Shown here: piece by piece, positions 19,474-29,490 of the stretch | Layout: each line of letters opens with the position of its first letter | How positions within the stretch are numbered: position 1 is the first letter of the stretch | From: Candidatus Iainarchaeum sp. | GTDB lineage: Archaea > Iainarchaeota > Iainarchaeia > Iainarchaeales > JAZDDZ01 | Length of the DNA: 51,356 nucleotides | Direction: 5' to 3' | Assembly (NCBI GenBank): GCA_043809245.1 | Contig: JAZDDZ010000048.1 | Coordinates: forward strand, 1 to 51,356 | Notes under the pieces: generated by a model | The model's input: only the letters and a program-made list of their open reading frames with translations | What the model was told of the DNA's origin: nothing | The model's database searches: none | Program-made: the position numbers and the translations under genes

Positions 19474-20196
19474 GTGAAAGCCGTTGTTTTATGCGCGGGA
19501 AAAGGCGTCAGGCTCAGGCCATTGACTGACAAAGTTCCAAAGGTAATGGTTAAGCTTTCTGGAAAGCCCTTGCTTGAAAGGGTTTTGGAAAAACTGGATG
19601 AAGCCGGAATAACAGAGGCCTGCCTTATAGTGGGATACAAAAGGGAGGCAGTTGAAAAGCATTTCGGAAAAGAATTCAAGGGAATCAAATTGGAGTACGC
19701 CTTACAGGAAGAGCAGATGGGCACAGCGCACGCAATTGCATTGGCTGAAAAATTTGTTTCAGGGGAAAAGGATTTTTTGGTTTTAAACGGAGACGTGCTT
19801 GCATTAGGCGGATTAATCAAGCAGATTGCGGAAAAAGACGAATTCGATGACTCTGATGCTTTAATGGTTGCAAGAAAAGTTCCAGACCCATGGCGTTACG
19901 GAGTATTAGTGGTGCAGTTGAATGAAGTGAAAGACATTGTGGAAAAACCCTTGTTCGGGGAAGAGCCAAGCGATTTGGTTAACGCGGGAATTTACCGCTT
20001 CAATGAATCAATTTTTGAAGCGATAAGGCAGACTGCGCGCAGCATGAGGGGCGAATTTGAAATCACGGACTCCATCAAGAATTTGATTTCGCTTGAAAAA
20101 AAAGTGGTTTTCGTTGTAAGCGATTCCCCAATCATTGACATTGGAAGCAAAGAGGATTTGGAGAAAGCGGGAAAAGTGCTGGAAGAAAACGAGTGA
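19474..20196 (+). CDS. Sugar-phosphate nucleotidyltransferase
   Basis: LCAGKGVRLRPLT..PK, GTAHAI, NGD, VEKP and RGEFEITD. Confidence 0.92.
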   Translation: MKAVVLCAGKGVRLRPLTDKVPKVMVKLSGKPLLERVLEKLDEAGITEACLIVGYKREAVEKHFGKEFKGIKLEYALQEEQMGTAHAIALAEKFVSGEKDFLVLNGDVLALGGLIKQIAEKDEFDDSDALMVARKVPDPWRYGVLVVQLNEVKDIVEKPLFGEEPSDLVNAGIYRFNESIFEAIRQTARSMRGEFEITDSIKNLISLEKKVVFVVSDSPIIDIGSKEDLEKAGKVLEENE

Positions 20197-20197
20197 A

Positions 20198-20902
20198 TTA
20201 CGCGGGTTCATTCAACAATTTTTGCACTTCGTCTTTTAATTGTGTTAGCGATAATTGGGCAGAGCGTGAAGCGTTTCCCAAAAAATCCCCTGTTGAAAGC
20301 CGTATGTCTTCCTCCAAAGACCTGCGGCCCCCATCAATCCTTACTATACTATATCTTCTTGTAATTTTGCCTCGCATTTCAGGGCTTATTTCCACTTTTG
20401 ATTCAGAAAAGTTTTTCACAGCGATATAGGCGGCAGATAGGTCTTCTTTGGCACGTTTAATTTGCTCAAGAATTTCATTCAGTTTTTCTTTCCCCAGGGG
20501 GCCTTTTCCAGAAATTTTTTTCAGTTTTTTTCTGATACCGCCACCAGAACTCAGCTTAGCGTAGTTTATGCCTGCCTTAGAATAAACCCCTAGAATAAAC
20601 TGTCTGAATAATTTGTTTGTCTGCGGTTTGCAGTAGTTTTCCAAAAAGAAACTAACAATCCTTTCTTGGTTAGCAGCCCTGTTTCCGGTAGCACGATAAA
20701 GAGACAACAATTTAATGTGAACTGAAACCAAATCCATTGCAGCGGCTTCTTCTTTGGCAACTGGTTGCAAACACGCTTTTCTTTTCCTGAAGGCACCCAA
20801 CAAACAGGCATATTGTGCGCGCTGCTCTTTTGTCGCCCCGCCCCAAAGTGATTTTGGCGTTTTTCCTTGAAAAAGCTTGGCTACGCTTGGCGGTTTAGCC
20901 AT
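20198..20902 (-). CDS. Hypothetical basic protein
   Basis: 234-aa ORF filling the gap between two known genes; no recognised domain. Confidence 0.6.
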   Translation of the reverse strand: MAKPPSVAKLFQGKTPKSLWGGATKEQRAQYACLLGAFRKRKACLQPVAKEEAAAMDLVSVHIKLLSLYRATGNRAANQERIVSFFLENYCKPQTNKLFRQFILGVYSKAGINYAKLSSGGGIRKKLKKISGKGPLGKEKLNEILEQIKRAKEDLSAAYIAVKNFSESKVEISPEMRGKITRRYSIVRIDGGRRSLEEDIRLSTGDFLGNASRSAQLSLTQLKDEVQKLLNEPA

Positions 20903-20909
20903 AAAAGAT

Positions 20910-21599
20910 TCACAGCCTGTACTTTTGCCCTGGCTTCAGGATTACTGCTTTTGTTTTCAAATTGCTTTTCTCTATTCTTGCCTTGAATTCTTGGGGATCG
21001 GCTTTAATGCAGTCAAAGGTGTTGTAGTGCATTGGAATTGCGACTCTTGGTTTCATGACCTTTGTTGCCTTGACCGCGTCAACGCAGTCCATTGTTGTTC
21101 CGCCTCCGATTGGAAGCAAGGCAATGTCAGGCTTTAACTGCTCGAATTCATCCATTAACGCCGTGTCCCCTGCGTGGAAAACAGTGCAGCCCTTTCCTTT
21201 AACCAAATAGCCTACAGGGTAAAATGAACTGGGGTGGTGTGCGGGAAAAACTTCAACTGAAACGCTTCGTGAATTGACTGTAGAGCCGATTTTTGCGGGA
21301 ACAAGCTGGCCGCGGGAAAGGTTTAACTCGTTTAAAATGCCTTCGTGGGCTATAACACATGCATTGTTTTTTGAAGCAAGTTCCTCAACCGATGCCTTGT
21401 CAAAGTGGTCAAAGTGCTCATGGGTTAAAAGGATTAGGTTAATGTTTTTCAGCTGTTCCTTGGCCACACGGCAGTCAATGAGTTTTTCCATTCCGTGCTT
21501 TGCCATGGAGTCAGTTGTAATGAACGGGTCGATTAGTATGTTTGCGGAGCCAAGCGACAGTTTGAAAAAAGAATGCCCAAAAAAACACAGTTCCGCCAA
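20910..21599 (-). CDS. Metallo-beta-lactamase-fold hydrolase (UPF0173-like)
   Basis: GHS.F, IDPF, THEHFDH, FHAGDT and PMHYNTF; TTG start after GAGGGG. Confidence 0.92.
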   Translation of the reverse strand: MAELCFFGHSFFKLSLGSANILIDPFITTDSMAKHGMEKLIDCRVAKEQLKNINLILLTHEHFDHFDKASVEELASKNNACVIAHEGILNELNLSRGQLVPAKIGSTVNSRSVSVEVFPAHHPSSFYPVGYLVKGKGCTVFHAGDTALMDEFEQLKPDIALLPIGGGTTMDCVDAVKATKVMKPRVAIPMHYNTFDCIKADPQEFKARIEKSNLKTKAVILKPGQKYRL

Positions 21600-21705
21600 A
21601 ATAGCCCCTCTTAACAGATATTGCTGCATTGAGTTTAAATACCCCTTTTTGTTATGTGAAAAAAAGAACAATAAATTTTTAAGCAATTAATCACATTACT
21701 TAGGA

Positions 21706-22512
21706 ATGAAGCAGGGCTTTCTTCTTGTTTTGGCTGTTTTTTTTGTTTTGCTTAGCGCAGGCGTTTCCGCAATAAAGGTATCAAACCACCTCATAGAAAT
21801 CAACGTGGACAGGGATGGCTTTGCGCATGTAATAGAAAACTACGAGCTTGTGTTCAATGCATTGGAAGCCGATGAATTCATGCAGGCGGCACAGGAAAAC
21901 AGCTCCAGCCTTCTCGCATGGCAGGCTGACTACAACTGGTTTTTTCCGCGCTTGGGGGAAACAAACGGCCTAAACGTTGTTAAGGCGTCATATGTTACCT
22001 TTGATGAAAAAAACAATACCTTGACACTTGATTACTTTATCCAGGACCAAATTGCAAGGATTCAGAAGGATGCGCCGCGTGCAACAATGTGGTTTATAGC
22101 GGATGAACAGCTTTCGGCTTTTGAAAACCAGGGTGTTATCTCCATTCCCGAGGCCACGCGCATTGTATTCAACCTTCCCTCGGGCGCGGAGGTTGCAAAG
22201 GAAAGCCTGACCCCAAAGGCAACTGTTTTCGGAAACAGCATTGTCTTAAGCGGCGTGACCACAAATTACATTAACATCACTTATTCCATTGCAAAGCCGA
22301 TTGCGCCAACTGTTAACGCTTTCGCCTTGTTGAAGGATTTTTTCTCGGAACCGCAGAACATTATTTTGCCCGCGCTCATAGTAATCATAGTTGTGGCGCT
22401 TGTTTTCTGGAAAAGGGAAAAGTTAAGGGAAAAAATCGAAGGCTATGTAATAGAGCACTCTGATTTGGAGGCAACAGAGCCATCGGAAGAAACAGAAGTG
22501 GAACTGGAGTGA
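21706..22512 (+). CDS. Secreted/membrane-anchored hypothetical protein
   Basis: Signal peptide and a single C-terminal TM helix. Confidence 0.75.
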   Translation: MKQGFLLVLAVFFVLLSAGVSAIKVSNHLIEINVDRDGFAHVIENYELVFNALEADEFMQAAQENSSSLLAWQADYNWFFPRLGETNGLNVVKASYVTFDEKNNTLTLDYFIQDQIARIQKDAPRATMWFIADEQLSAFENQGVISIPEATRIVFNLPSGAEVAKESLTPKATVFGNSIVLSGVTTNYINITYSIAKPIAPTVNAFALLKDFFSEPQNIILPALIVIIVVALVFWKREKLREKIEGYVIEHSDLEATEPSEETEVELE

Positions 22513-22515
22513 AAA

Positions 22516-22950
22516 TCAATTCGTTTTTTTCTTGAACCGCTTTACTTTTTTTATTTCACCGCGCATTACGCCCTTGAAATTTATTTTCTGCTTTTTTAAC
22601 AGGTTCTGGAGGCTGAAGTCATCGGACAGCACGGAAAAATTCTCTTTTCTCTGCTTTAACTCCAAGGCAAGCGCGAAAACAGATTCATCGGCTTCACTAA
22701 CTGAACAATTGATTTCCCTGCATTTATGCAAAGCCTTTTGAACAGACAAAGGGCAGGGGTCAATTATTTCCAAGGCACCGGAATGAAGCGCGTTCTCCGC
22801 GAGGTTTTTGGAACGCACGTCCTTTAACTCGTTAAAGCACTTGGAAGTAATCAGATAACGGGTTCCCTTTTCAAAGGAAAAACCGAAATCATTCAGGATA
22901 GCCGAGGAATCCATGAGGATTATTTTTTGAGTTTTAGCCTTTTTGTCCAT
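22516..22950 (-). CDS. nob1: Nob1-like PIN endonuclease (no zinc ribbon)
   Basis: MDSSA, SEAD..V.ALALE and SDDFSLQN motifs. Confidence 0.8.
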   Translation of the reverse strand: MDKKAKTQKIILMDSSAILNDFGFSFEKGTRYLITSKCFNELKDVRSKNLAENALHSGALEIIDPCPLSVQKALHKCREINCSVSEADESVFALALELKQRKENFSVLSDDFSLQNLLKKQKINFKGVMRGEIKKVKRFKKKTN

Positions 22951-23369
22951 ATTAAAATCAACCGGTCTAAATCCATGCGCTCAAGGGATATTTCACTTGG
23001 CAGCTTGGATTCATTTTTTTTCAAAAAATCTTGAATCAATGCATTAACTTCGCTCCTGTCCAGTTGTCCCCTTAATTTTTTCATTGCCCCAAGAAGAGTA
23101 TTAACTTCTGAAGCCGCTAAGCCGTTTGAAATATGCCTAGGGTATCCAATTCTATCATTGGCTATGCGCTCAGGCTCAGGTATTCCCTCTTTTTTTAATT
23201 TATTGAATAGTCTTTGCCTTACTTCAAACAAGGTAAAAACATGCACTGCCTTTGAAAGTCCCAAATTTTTTGCAATAATTGAAGGTTTAGGGTCGTAATA
23301 AACATCTCCAATATGTAAGCCATATCTTCCCCGCCCATCTCTCTTTGGCGGTGCTGTTTTTCTAAGCAT
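22920..23369 (-). CDS. Hypothetical basic protein
   Basis: 149-aa ORF with TATA-like sequence upstream; no recognised domain. Confidence 0.55.
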   Translation of the reverse strand: MLRKTAPPKRDGRGRYGLHIGDVYYDPKPSIIAKNLGLSKAVHVFTLFEVRQRLFNKLKKEGIPEPERIANDRIGYPRHISNGLAASEVNTLLGAMKKLRGQLDRSEVNALIQDFLKKNESKLPSEISLERMDLDRLILIWTKRLKLKK

Positions 23370-23451
23370 TTCTTTAACCTTTAAATAAAAAAGGAAATCG
23401 TTTATTTAAAGGTTTACTCTATAATTAATTGTTATTCAAGCGGGTGGAGTA

Positions 23452-24930
23452 ATGGCTGATTTGGGTGCATTGGCGCAGTCTTTAAGCGAAATAGAGAGGG
23501 CGGCTTTGAAGGCGTTAAGCGCAGGTGAAGCATTTTCCGTTAAGGAATTAGCGGGGAAAAGCGGCTTGAACCCTGATTCTGTCAGGAGAGCGCTTGGCTG
23601 GCTTTTGGAGAAAAAGCTTGTTGATGGAGAGGAAAAAAAGGAAAAGCAATGGAGTTTAACGGAGAAAGGGGTTATTGCGGTTGAAAAAGGCCTGCCGGAG
23701 AAAAGAATGCTTTCCACGCTAATGAAAGGCAATGACAGTTCGTTTAACGGAGTAATGAAAAGCGCGGGGCTGACACAAGAGGAATTCTCCGCTGCATTGG
23801 GGCAAAACAAGGCAAAGGCATTCGTGCTAGTTTCAAAGAAAGGGAATGCGCCGTCACTTGAATTAACGGAAGTTGGAAAGGAATTTGCAGGCAAAGAAAA
23901 TCCCGAGGAAGGCGCATTGAAAAAAATTTCCGAAAAGGATTTTTCATTCAGTGAAGAGGAAAGCAAAGCGCTTGAATTGCTGAAGAAAAGGAATTTCGCA
24001 TTAGAAAAAGAACTGGTTGAAAGAAAGGCAAAAATCAATGCAGAAGGATTAAAGGCATTGGAGTTATTGCCTGAAAAGAAAACAGCAAGGGCTTACAACA
24101 TCTTTGGGCCGGTTCCGAAAAAACCAATCGGGAAAAGGCAGCCGTACATTCAGTTCCTTTCACTCATCAGGCGCAAACTAGTCGAGTTAGGCTTTCAGGA
24201 AATGCCAGCACCGCTAATAGTGCACGAGTTTTACAACTTTGATGTTTTGTTTCAGCCGCAAAACCATCCCGCGCGCTCCTGGAGCGACACCTATCAGTTA
24301 AAGCAGCCGCAGCGCGCAAAATTGCTGGACCGCGGGAAAGTTAAAGCGGTTAAGGCAGCGCATGAAACAGGCGGGGTTTCCGCTTCAAGCGGATGGCAGT
24401 ACGACTGGTTAGAAGAAGTAGCTGAAAGGCTAATGCCTGCAGCGCATGGAACAGCGCACAGCGCGCGCACTTTAACGCAAAAAATTGAGGTGCCGGGAAA
24501 ATACTTTGCGATTGCAAGGTGTTTCAGGCCTGATGTGTTGGATGCAACGCATTTGATTGAATTCAACCAGACAGAGGGATTCATCATCGGCGAGGACCTT
24601 AACTTTCGGCATTTGCTTGGAATGCTGGAACAGTTTGCAAAAGAAATCGCTGGAGCGGATAAAGTCAAGTTTTTGCCTGACTACTATCCTTTCACGGAAC
24701 CTAGCTGCCAGATTTCAGCAAAGCATCCCGAGCTCGGCTGGATGGAGTTAGGCGGTTCCGGAATCTTTCGCCCGGAAATGATGGAAAACTTGGGCTACAA
24801 AAAAGAAAAAGCAATTGCATGGGGAATCGGAATAGACAGATTGGCAATGTTCAAATTAGGCATTAAGGACATTAGGCAGTTGTTCAGCGACGACTTGAAT
24901 TGGCTGAGGGCAGCGAGGATGGTGGAGTGA
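23452..24930 (+). CDS. pheS: Phenylalanine--tRNA ligase alpha subunit
   Basis: NFDVLFQPQNHPAR, DATHLIEFNQ, YPFTEPS and AWGIGIDRLAM. Confidence 0.98.
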   Translation: MADLGALAQSLSEIERAALKALSAGEAFSVKELAGKSGLNPDSVRRALGWLLEKKLVDGEEKKEKQWSLTEKGVIAVEKGLPEKRMLSTLMKGNDSSFNGVMKSAGLTQEEFSAALGQNKAKAFVLVSKKGNAPSLELTEVGKEFAGKENPEEGALKKISEKDFSFSEEESKALELLKKRNFALEKELVERKAKINAEGLKALELLPEKKTARAYNIFGPVPKKPIGKRQPYIQFLSLIRRKLVELGFQEMPAPLIVHEFYNFDVLFQPQNHPARSWSDTYQLKQPQRAKLLDRGKVKAVKAAHETGGVSASSGWQYDWLEEVAERLMPAAHGTAHSARTLTQKIEVPGKYFAIARCFRPDVLDATHLIEFNQTEGFIIGEDLNFRHLLGMLEQFAKEIAGADKVKFLPDYYPFTEPSCQISAKHPELGWMELGGSGIFRPEMMENLGYKKEKAIAWGIGIDRLAMFKLGIKDIRQLFSDDLNWLRAARMVE

Positions 24931-24933
24931 AAT

Positions 24934-25596
24934 ATGGCGCAAAACCAAATTGACCCAATCGGCATAATAAAACGTAATTATGCTGCCTTTTTGGAAAAAA
25001 ACAAACGCGGAGCCAATGCATTTGACCGGAAACTGATGGACGGCATTATTGATAATTTAAGTGTTTTGCTTGACCCTAAAGCTTCAAAAGAAAAGCTTGA
25101 AAGGGTAGCTGAAAGGTTTGCTTCAAACATCACAAAATACTCGGATAACTCAACTGAAATGCGTGACGTATCATATCCCTCCAAGTTTTTGGAAATAGCG
25201 AAATTAGTACCTGAAATGCTGGAACGCCTTCCGCAAAAAAAAGCAATCTTATCTGCGCTTGAAAAAAATGGATTTACTTTCAGCAGCACTGCTGCAGGAA
25301 AACAAAGAAAAATTGGCAGAGGCATAGAGCCAAGTAGACTAAGCGATGCCGAAAAACGAATGGCGCTTGAGAACGCAAAGAGAATATTGCGTGGAGAAAA
25401 TGAAAAACCGCAACCGCCCGCAAAACAGGCAAAACCCGATGGGCCTCCCAAAGCGGTTGTTCCAGCAAGGCAAATGAGAAAACATGGAGCCCAAAAATAT
25501 CCCAAACCGCAGCCTCCAAGGCAGTCGCCTGTTCCATGGTATGCGAGAGGCAGGTTTAATCCGCTAAAGTTTTTGCGGAGAAGGGGGCCACGCTGA
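24934..25596 (+). CDS. Hypothetical protein with Pro/Arg-rich tail, between pheS and pheT
   Basis: 220-aa ORF starting 3 nt after the pheS stop; TGATG overlap with pheT. Confidence 0.7.
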   Translation: MAQNQIDPIGIIKRNYAAFLEKNKRGANAFDRKLMDGIIDNLSVLLDPKASKEKLERVAERFASNITKYSDNSTEMRDVSYPSKFLEIAKLVPEMLERLPQKKAILSALEKNGFTFSSTAAGKQRKIGRGIEPSRLSDAEKRMALENAKRILRGENEKPQPPAKQAKPDGPPKAVVPARQMRKHGAQKYPKPQPPRQSPVPWYARGRFNPLKFLRRRGPR

Positions 25597-27236
25597 TGCC
25601 GACAGTTGATGCGAGTTTGAATGACCTTTGCGGTTTGATTGGAAAAAAATTGTCAAAAGAAGAGTTAGGCGAGGCGCTTCTTTTCGCGAAAGCAGAAATT
25701 GATTCCAGTGAAGGGGATGCGTTAAAGATTGACGTGAAGGACTCAAACAGGCCTGACCTCTGGAGTGCGGAGGGAATTGCAAGGGAGTTAAGGTTCAGGT
25801 TGGGGCTGAAAAAAGGATTGCCAAAGTATAGCGCTGCAAAGCCAAAGGTTTCCGTTTTCGTGGAGAAAAGCGTTGAAAAAGTCAGGCCAAAAATAGCAGT
25901 AGCAATCGCGAAAAACGTGAATGTAACAGAGGATTTCCTGATTCAGCTGATTCAGTTGCAGGAAAAGGTTGCGGGAACCTTCGGGAGAAAAAGAAAGGAA
26001 GCCGCGATTGGAATATTTGATTTTGACAAAATCACCTGGCCAATTTATTACAGGGCTGTAAAGGACAATGAAGTGGAATTCGTTCCATTGGAGTTCAATG
26101 TGAAAATGCGCCCTTCAGAGATACTGAAAGAGCACCCAAAAGGAAAAGAGTATGCGCATTTGCTTGACGAGAAAAACTTTCCCATATTCATTGATGCCGC
26201 AAAGGAAGTGCTTTCAATGCCCCCAATAATCAATTCGGATTGGACTGGAAAGGTAACTGAGAAAACAAAAAACATTTACTTGGAGGTAAGCGGTTACAGG
26301 CAGGAAACCGTGAATACTGCGTTAAATGTGCTTGCAATGGCTTTGGCTGACCGCGGAGCAAAACTGGAGGCGGTGAACGTTGTTTACGGTCAGAGCAAAA
26401 AAATCGTAACGCCGCAGTTCGGCGTGAAGAAAAAATTGCTGGACCCAAAATTCGCGGAAAAGCTTGCAGGAATTGAATTGAGTGAAAGGCAAATCATTGA
26501 ATGCCTTTCACGCGCGGGAATGGATGCGAAAAAGAAAGGCAGTAAATTGGAGGTAACTTATCCTGATTACAGGCAGGACGTATTGCACGAGGTTGACCTG
26601 ATTGAGGATGTTTTGATCAGTTATGGGTACAGGAATTTCAAGCCGCAGAAAATTGAATTGGCTGTCACGGGAAAAGAACTGCCTCAAACAAGGTATTTGG
26701 ATGTTGTGAGAGAGGCGTGCATTGGAATGGGTTTGCAGGAAGTTCTCACATTTAACCTTACAAGCAGGGAAAAACAGGAAGCGAAAATCGGCTTGAAAGA
26801 AGAGAAATTTGTGGAGATAGCGAACCCTGTTTCATTGAATTACTCTTTGTTCAGGAAAAGGCTTTTGCCTGAACTGCTTGAATTCCTCGGGAAAAACAAG
26901 GACAAGGAGTTCCCGCAGATGATTTTCGAAGTCGGAAGGGCCTTGGAGCTTGACGCGAAAAGCGAGACAAGCGTGAAGGAAAAAAATTCGCTGTGCATTG
27001 TTTCAAGCCACAAGGAAGCCGGCTTCACAGAGGCGAAAAGCCTGTTGGAAACGGTTTGCAGCGCTTTGGGTTTAAAGTACGAGTTAAGCGAAACCAAGCT
27101 GCCTTTCCTTAAAGCGGGAAGGGGCGCGGAATTGAAAGTGAACGGAAAAAAAGGATTCATCGGCGAATTAAACGAAAAAACCCTCAAAGAATTCGGATTG
27201 GAGATGCCGGTTAGCGCAGTGGAATTAGAGCTTTGA
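25596..27236 (+). CDS. pheT: Phenylalanine--tRNA ligase beta subunit
   Basis: NRPDLWSAEGIAR, LSMPPIINS and YRQDVLHEVDLIED. Confidence 0.98.
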   Translation: MPTVDASLNDLCGLIGKKLSKEELGEALLFAKAEIDSSEGDALKIDVKDSNRPDLWSAEGIARELRFRLGLKKGLPKYSAAKPKVSVFVEKSVEKVRPKIAVAIAKNVNVTEDFLIQLIQLQEKVAGTFGRKRKEAAIGIFDFDKITWPIYYRAVKDNEVEFVPLEFNVKMRPSEILKEHPKGKEYAHLLDEKNFPIFIDAAKEVLSMPPIINSDWTGKVTEKTKNIYLEVSGYRQETVNTALNVLAMALADRGAKLEAVNVVYGQSKKIVTPQFGVKKKLLDPKFAEKLAGIELSERQIIECLSRAGMDAKKKGSKLEVTYPDYRQDVLHEVDLIEDVLISYGYRNFKPQKIELAVTGKELPQTRYLDVVREACIGMGLQEVLTFNLTSREKQEAKIGLKEEKFVEIANPVSLNYSLFRKRLLPELLEFLGKNKDKEFPQMIFEVGRALELDAKSETSVKEKNSLCIVSSHKEAGFTEAKSLLETVCSALGLKYELSETKLPFLKAGRGAELKVNGKKGFIGELNEKTLKEFGLEMPVSAVELEL

Positions 27237-28622
27237 TTAAAACAGCCTTGTCTGGTTTTGGTCTTCTTGTTGGATGCTTACTTTTTGTTCCGGGTCTTCT
27301 TCTGCTTGCTCAAATGCTTTGTGAAAGATGCCTCTTTTTTCCGCGATTATTTTCTTTTTGAGTTCCGTTGCCTGCGCTAAAATGTTCTGCACTTTTTTAG
27401 TGGAAGAAGTTGTCTCCATGAGGAATGCGAGCTCGTCTTCATCCAAGTCAAATGCTGCCGCGAATGAAACCGCTTTCGCTTTGTCCTTGAAAATAAGCTG
27501 CAAAAAGGGAAGGTCCTTTGACATCACTTCACGCGAAGAAGAATGCGTTTTCGCGCCAATCTTTTTGCCCAGCTCTTTTTTTAACGCGCGCAGGGAACGG
27601 CTTTTGCTTAGTTTCTGCAAAAGCGTTGGAAATTGAAATGGCGTAAAGGAATGGTATTCGTTGCTTCGGCTTAAAGCAACGCCTGAAGTCATCAGCTCCG
27701 AGCTGTAGCGCAAAAAGCCATAGTACTGGCGGCTGAAAATCCTGCCGTTAAAGACATCTGCCTTTGAAAGCATGTTGAATGCATTCGCAGTGTCAACCGG
27801 ATCAGAGTACTGCCTTGGAATGTTTTCTTCAATCCAGCGGAAAAGCAAGTCATTGTCAACGTCACTTGAAAACCTGGCGGAACGGATTTCCTTGAAGTCT
27901 TTTCCCTTGAAGATTTTTGAAAGAACTGAAAAAATTTTCTGCCCCCTTTCCCTGAAGCCAAGGGATTTAACCGCCTCTGAGTCAATTTTTCCGAAAGTCG
28001 CTGAAAGCGTCTGCAAATCAAGCAAAGCCGAGCGAAAATCGCCCTCCGAGTTTTTCGCGAATTCTTTGACTGCTTCCTCTTCAAAGGGAATTTTTTCAAA
28101 TGCCAAAAGCTCCTTAAGCCGTTTAGCAATTGAAAGGTAATTTATTTTTTTGAACTCCAATGGCTTTGCAGCAGAACGGAGCGCGGCTAATTTTTTGTCC
28201 GCATAAATGTCGTTAGCCGTGAGAATCACGGGGTTCATGCTTTCCTTCAGCACCTGAATTATTGCCCCTGCGCCTCCGCGGTCCTGTGCCTGCAAGCCAT
28301 CCACTTCGTCAATTAGCACCAATCGCCTTGAGGAGAAAAAAGATGCATTCAAAGCCGCGGCTCCTGCAAGCCTTTCAATTGCGTCCTTTGAACGGAAATC
28401 AGAGGCATTTAACTCAAAGACCTCCCAGTTGTTCACTCTGGCTATAAGATAGGCAAGCGAGGTTTTGCCTGCGCCGGCCTGACCGAAAAAAAGCAAGGGT
28501 TGTTGCTTTATGCCGTCAGCCCACTTCTTTGCCCAGTTTGATGCTTCCACAGCTATCTCGGAGTTGCCGATGAATTCCTCCAAAGACTTGGGGAAAAATT
28601 TCTCGGTCCAGAGTTGGGGCAT
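27237..28622 (-). CDS. rfcL: Replication factor C large subunit
   Basis: WTEKFFP, GAGKT, ELNASD, DEVD and C-terminal PIP box QTRLF; start moved to ATG 28622. Confidence 0.96.
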   Translation of the reverse strand: MPQLWTEKFFPKSLEEFIGNSEIAVEASNWAKKWADGIKQQPLLFFGQAGAGKTSLAYLIARVNNWEVFELNASDFRSKDAIERLAGAAALNASFFSSRRLVLIDEVDGLQAQDRGGAGAIIQVLKESMNPVILTANDIYADKKLAALRSAAKPLEFKKINYLSIAKRLKELLAFEKIPFEEEAVKEFAKNSEGDFRSALLDLQTLSATFGKIDSEAVKSLGFRERGQKIFSVLSKIFKGKDFKEIRSARFSSDVDNDLLFRWIEENIPRQYSDPVDTANAFNMLSKADVFNGRIFSRQYYGFLRYSSELMTSGVALSRSNEYHSFTPFQFPTLLQKLSKSRSLRALKKELGKKIGAKTHSSSREVMSKDLPFLQLIFKDKAKAVSFAAAFDLDEDELAFLMETTSSTKKVQNILAQATELKKKIIAEKRGIFHKAFEQAEEDPEQKVSIQQEDQNQTRLF

Positions 28623-28674
28623 AATATTTACTTGCAGGGAAACGCATAAATAGTTTATATAAGCCATTATCTTA

Positions 28675-29409
28675 ATGCCGCAGAAAAGCCCTGATGAAAG
28701 GCTGCTCCTGCTTATCACTTCCAGATGTTCTGGGAAGTGCCCTGAATGCCTTTACAGGGAAAATCTTGGAAGGCAAGCAGACCTTTCTTTGAATGCCCTT
28801 GAAGAAAAAATTCTTCCTTTTATAGGCAGCCGCCATGAAATTCACATTGCTGGCGGAGAGCCCACCGAGCACCCGCAATTTTTTAAGATAATTGAATTGA
28901 TTGCGGGCAAAAACCCTGCTTTCATCCAGATAATTTCAAACGGCTTGCCTTTCAGCGGTTCAAAAAGGGATGCTTCGGCATTTGCTTTAAGGCTTCAATC
29001 AATAGCTGACAAATCGCCCACTAGGATTTTTGCGCGCTTCTCAATTGATGACATTCACGCAGAAGGCATAAAAGGGGGCAAGGGCGAACTCGCAAGGCGC
29101 GCAAAAATAATAAATGAAGTTTTCTCCAAAACGCGCGGAAAACTAGGATTCGGTTTTTACTCGCTTAAGGACAAAGGACAGAAGGAATCTGAAATTCTCA
29201 GGGCTTATGGCTTGCCCAGGAAGAGAACAATGTTTAGCCTGGGTGAAAGGGGCTTCAAACTTGGGGGGAATGAGCCAACCACTTTTATTTCAGCCGAAGG
29301 AAATGTTTACAGGCATGAACGCGAATTCCTAAGAAGGCAGGCGCCAATGGGAAACATAACCAGCCTGCCCTTGCAGGAAATACTGAAAAGGCGCTATACG
29401 CACAGGTAA
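28675..29409 (+). CDS. Radical SAM protein
   Basis: CSGKCPEC (CxxxCxxC), GGEP and SNG. Confidence 0.85.
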   Translation: MPQKSPDERLLLLITSRCSGKCPECLYRENLGRQADLSLNALEEKILPFIGSRHEIHIAGGEPTEHPQFFKIIELIAGKNPAFIQIISNGLPFSGSKRDASAFALRLQSIADKSPTRIFARFSIDDIHAEGIKGGKGELARRAKIINEVFSKTRGKLGFGFYSLKDKGQKESEILRAYGLPRKRTMFSLGERGFKLGGNEPTTFISAEGNVYRHEREFLRRQAPMGNITSLPLQEILKRRYTHR

Positions 29410-29423
29410 TGCAGCCATACAAC

Positions 29424-29449
29424 CGCAGCGGAAACGCACTGTCCCGAAA
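29424..29449 (+). promoter_or_regulatory. Shared upstream motif, copy C (CGCAGCGGAAACGCACTGTCCCGAAA), followed by CTTAATAT
   Basis: Matches copies A, B and D; upstream of the Bro-N gene. Confidence 0.72.
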
Positions 29450-29490
29450 CCTTAATATGCCTGAATAAGGCAAATCAATATGGTGGCGGA

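Noticed and set aside
28634-28646. GCAGGGAAACGCA as a fifth copy of the shared promoter motif
   Set aside because: It has a deletion in the core and lacks the TGTYCCGAAA half
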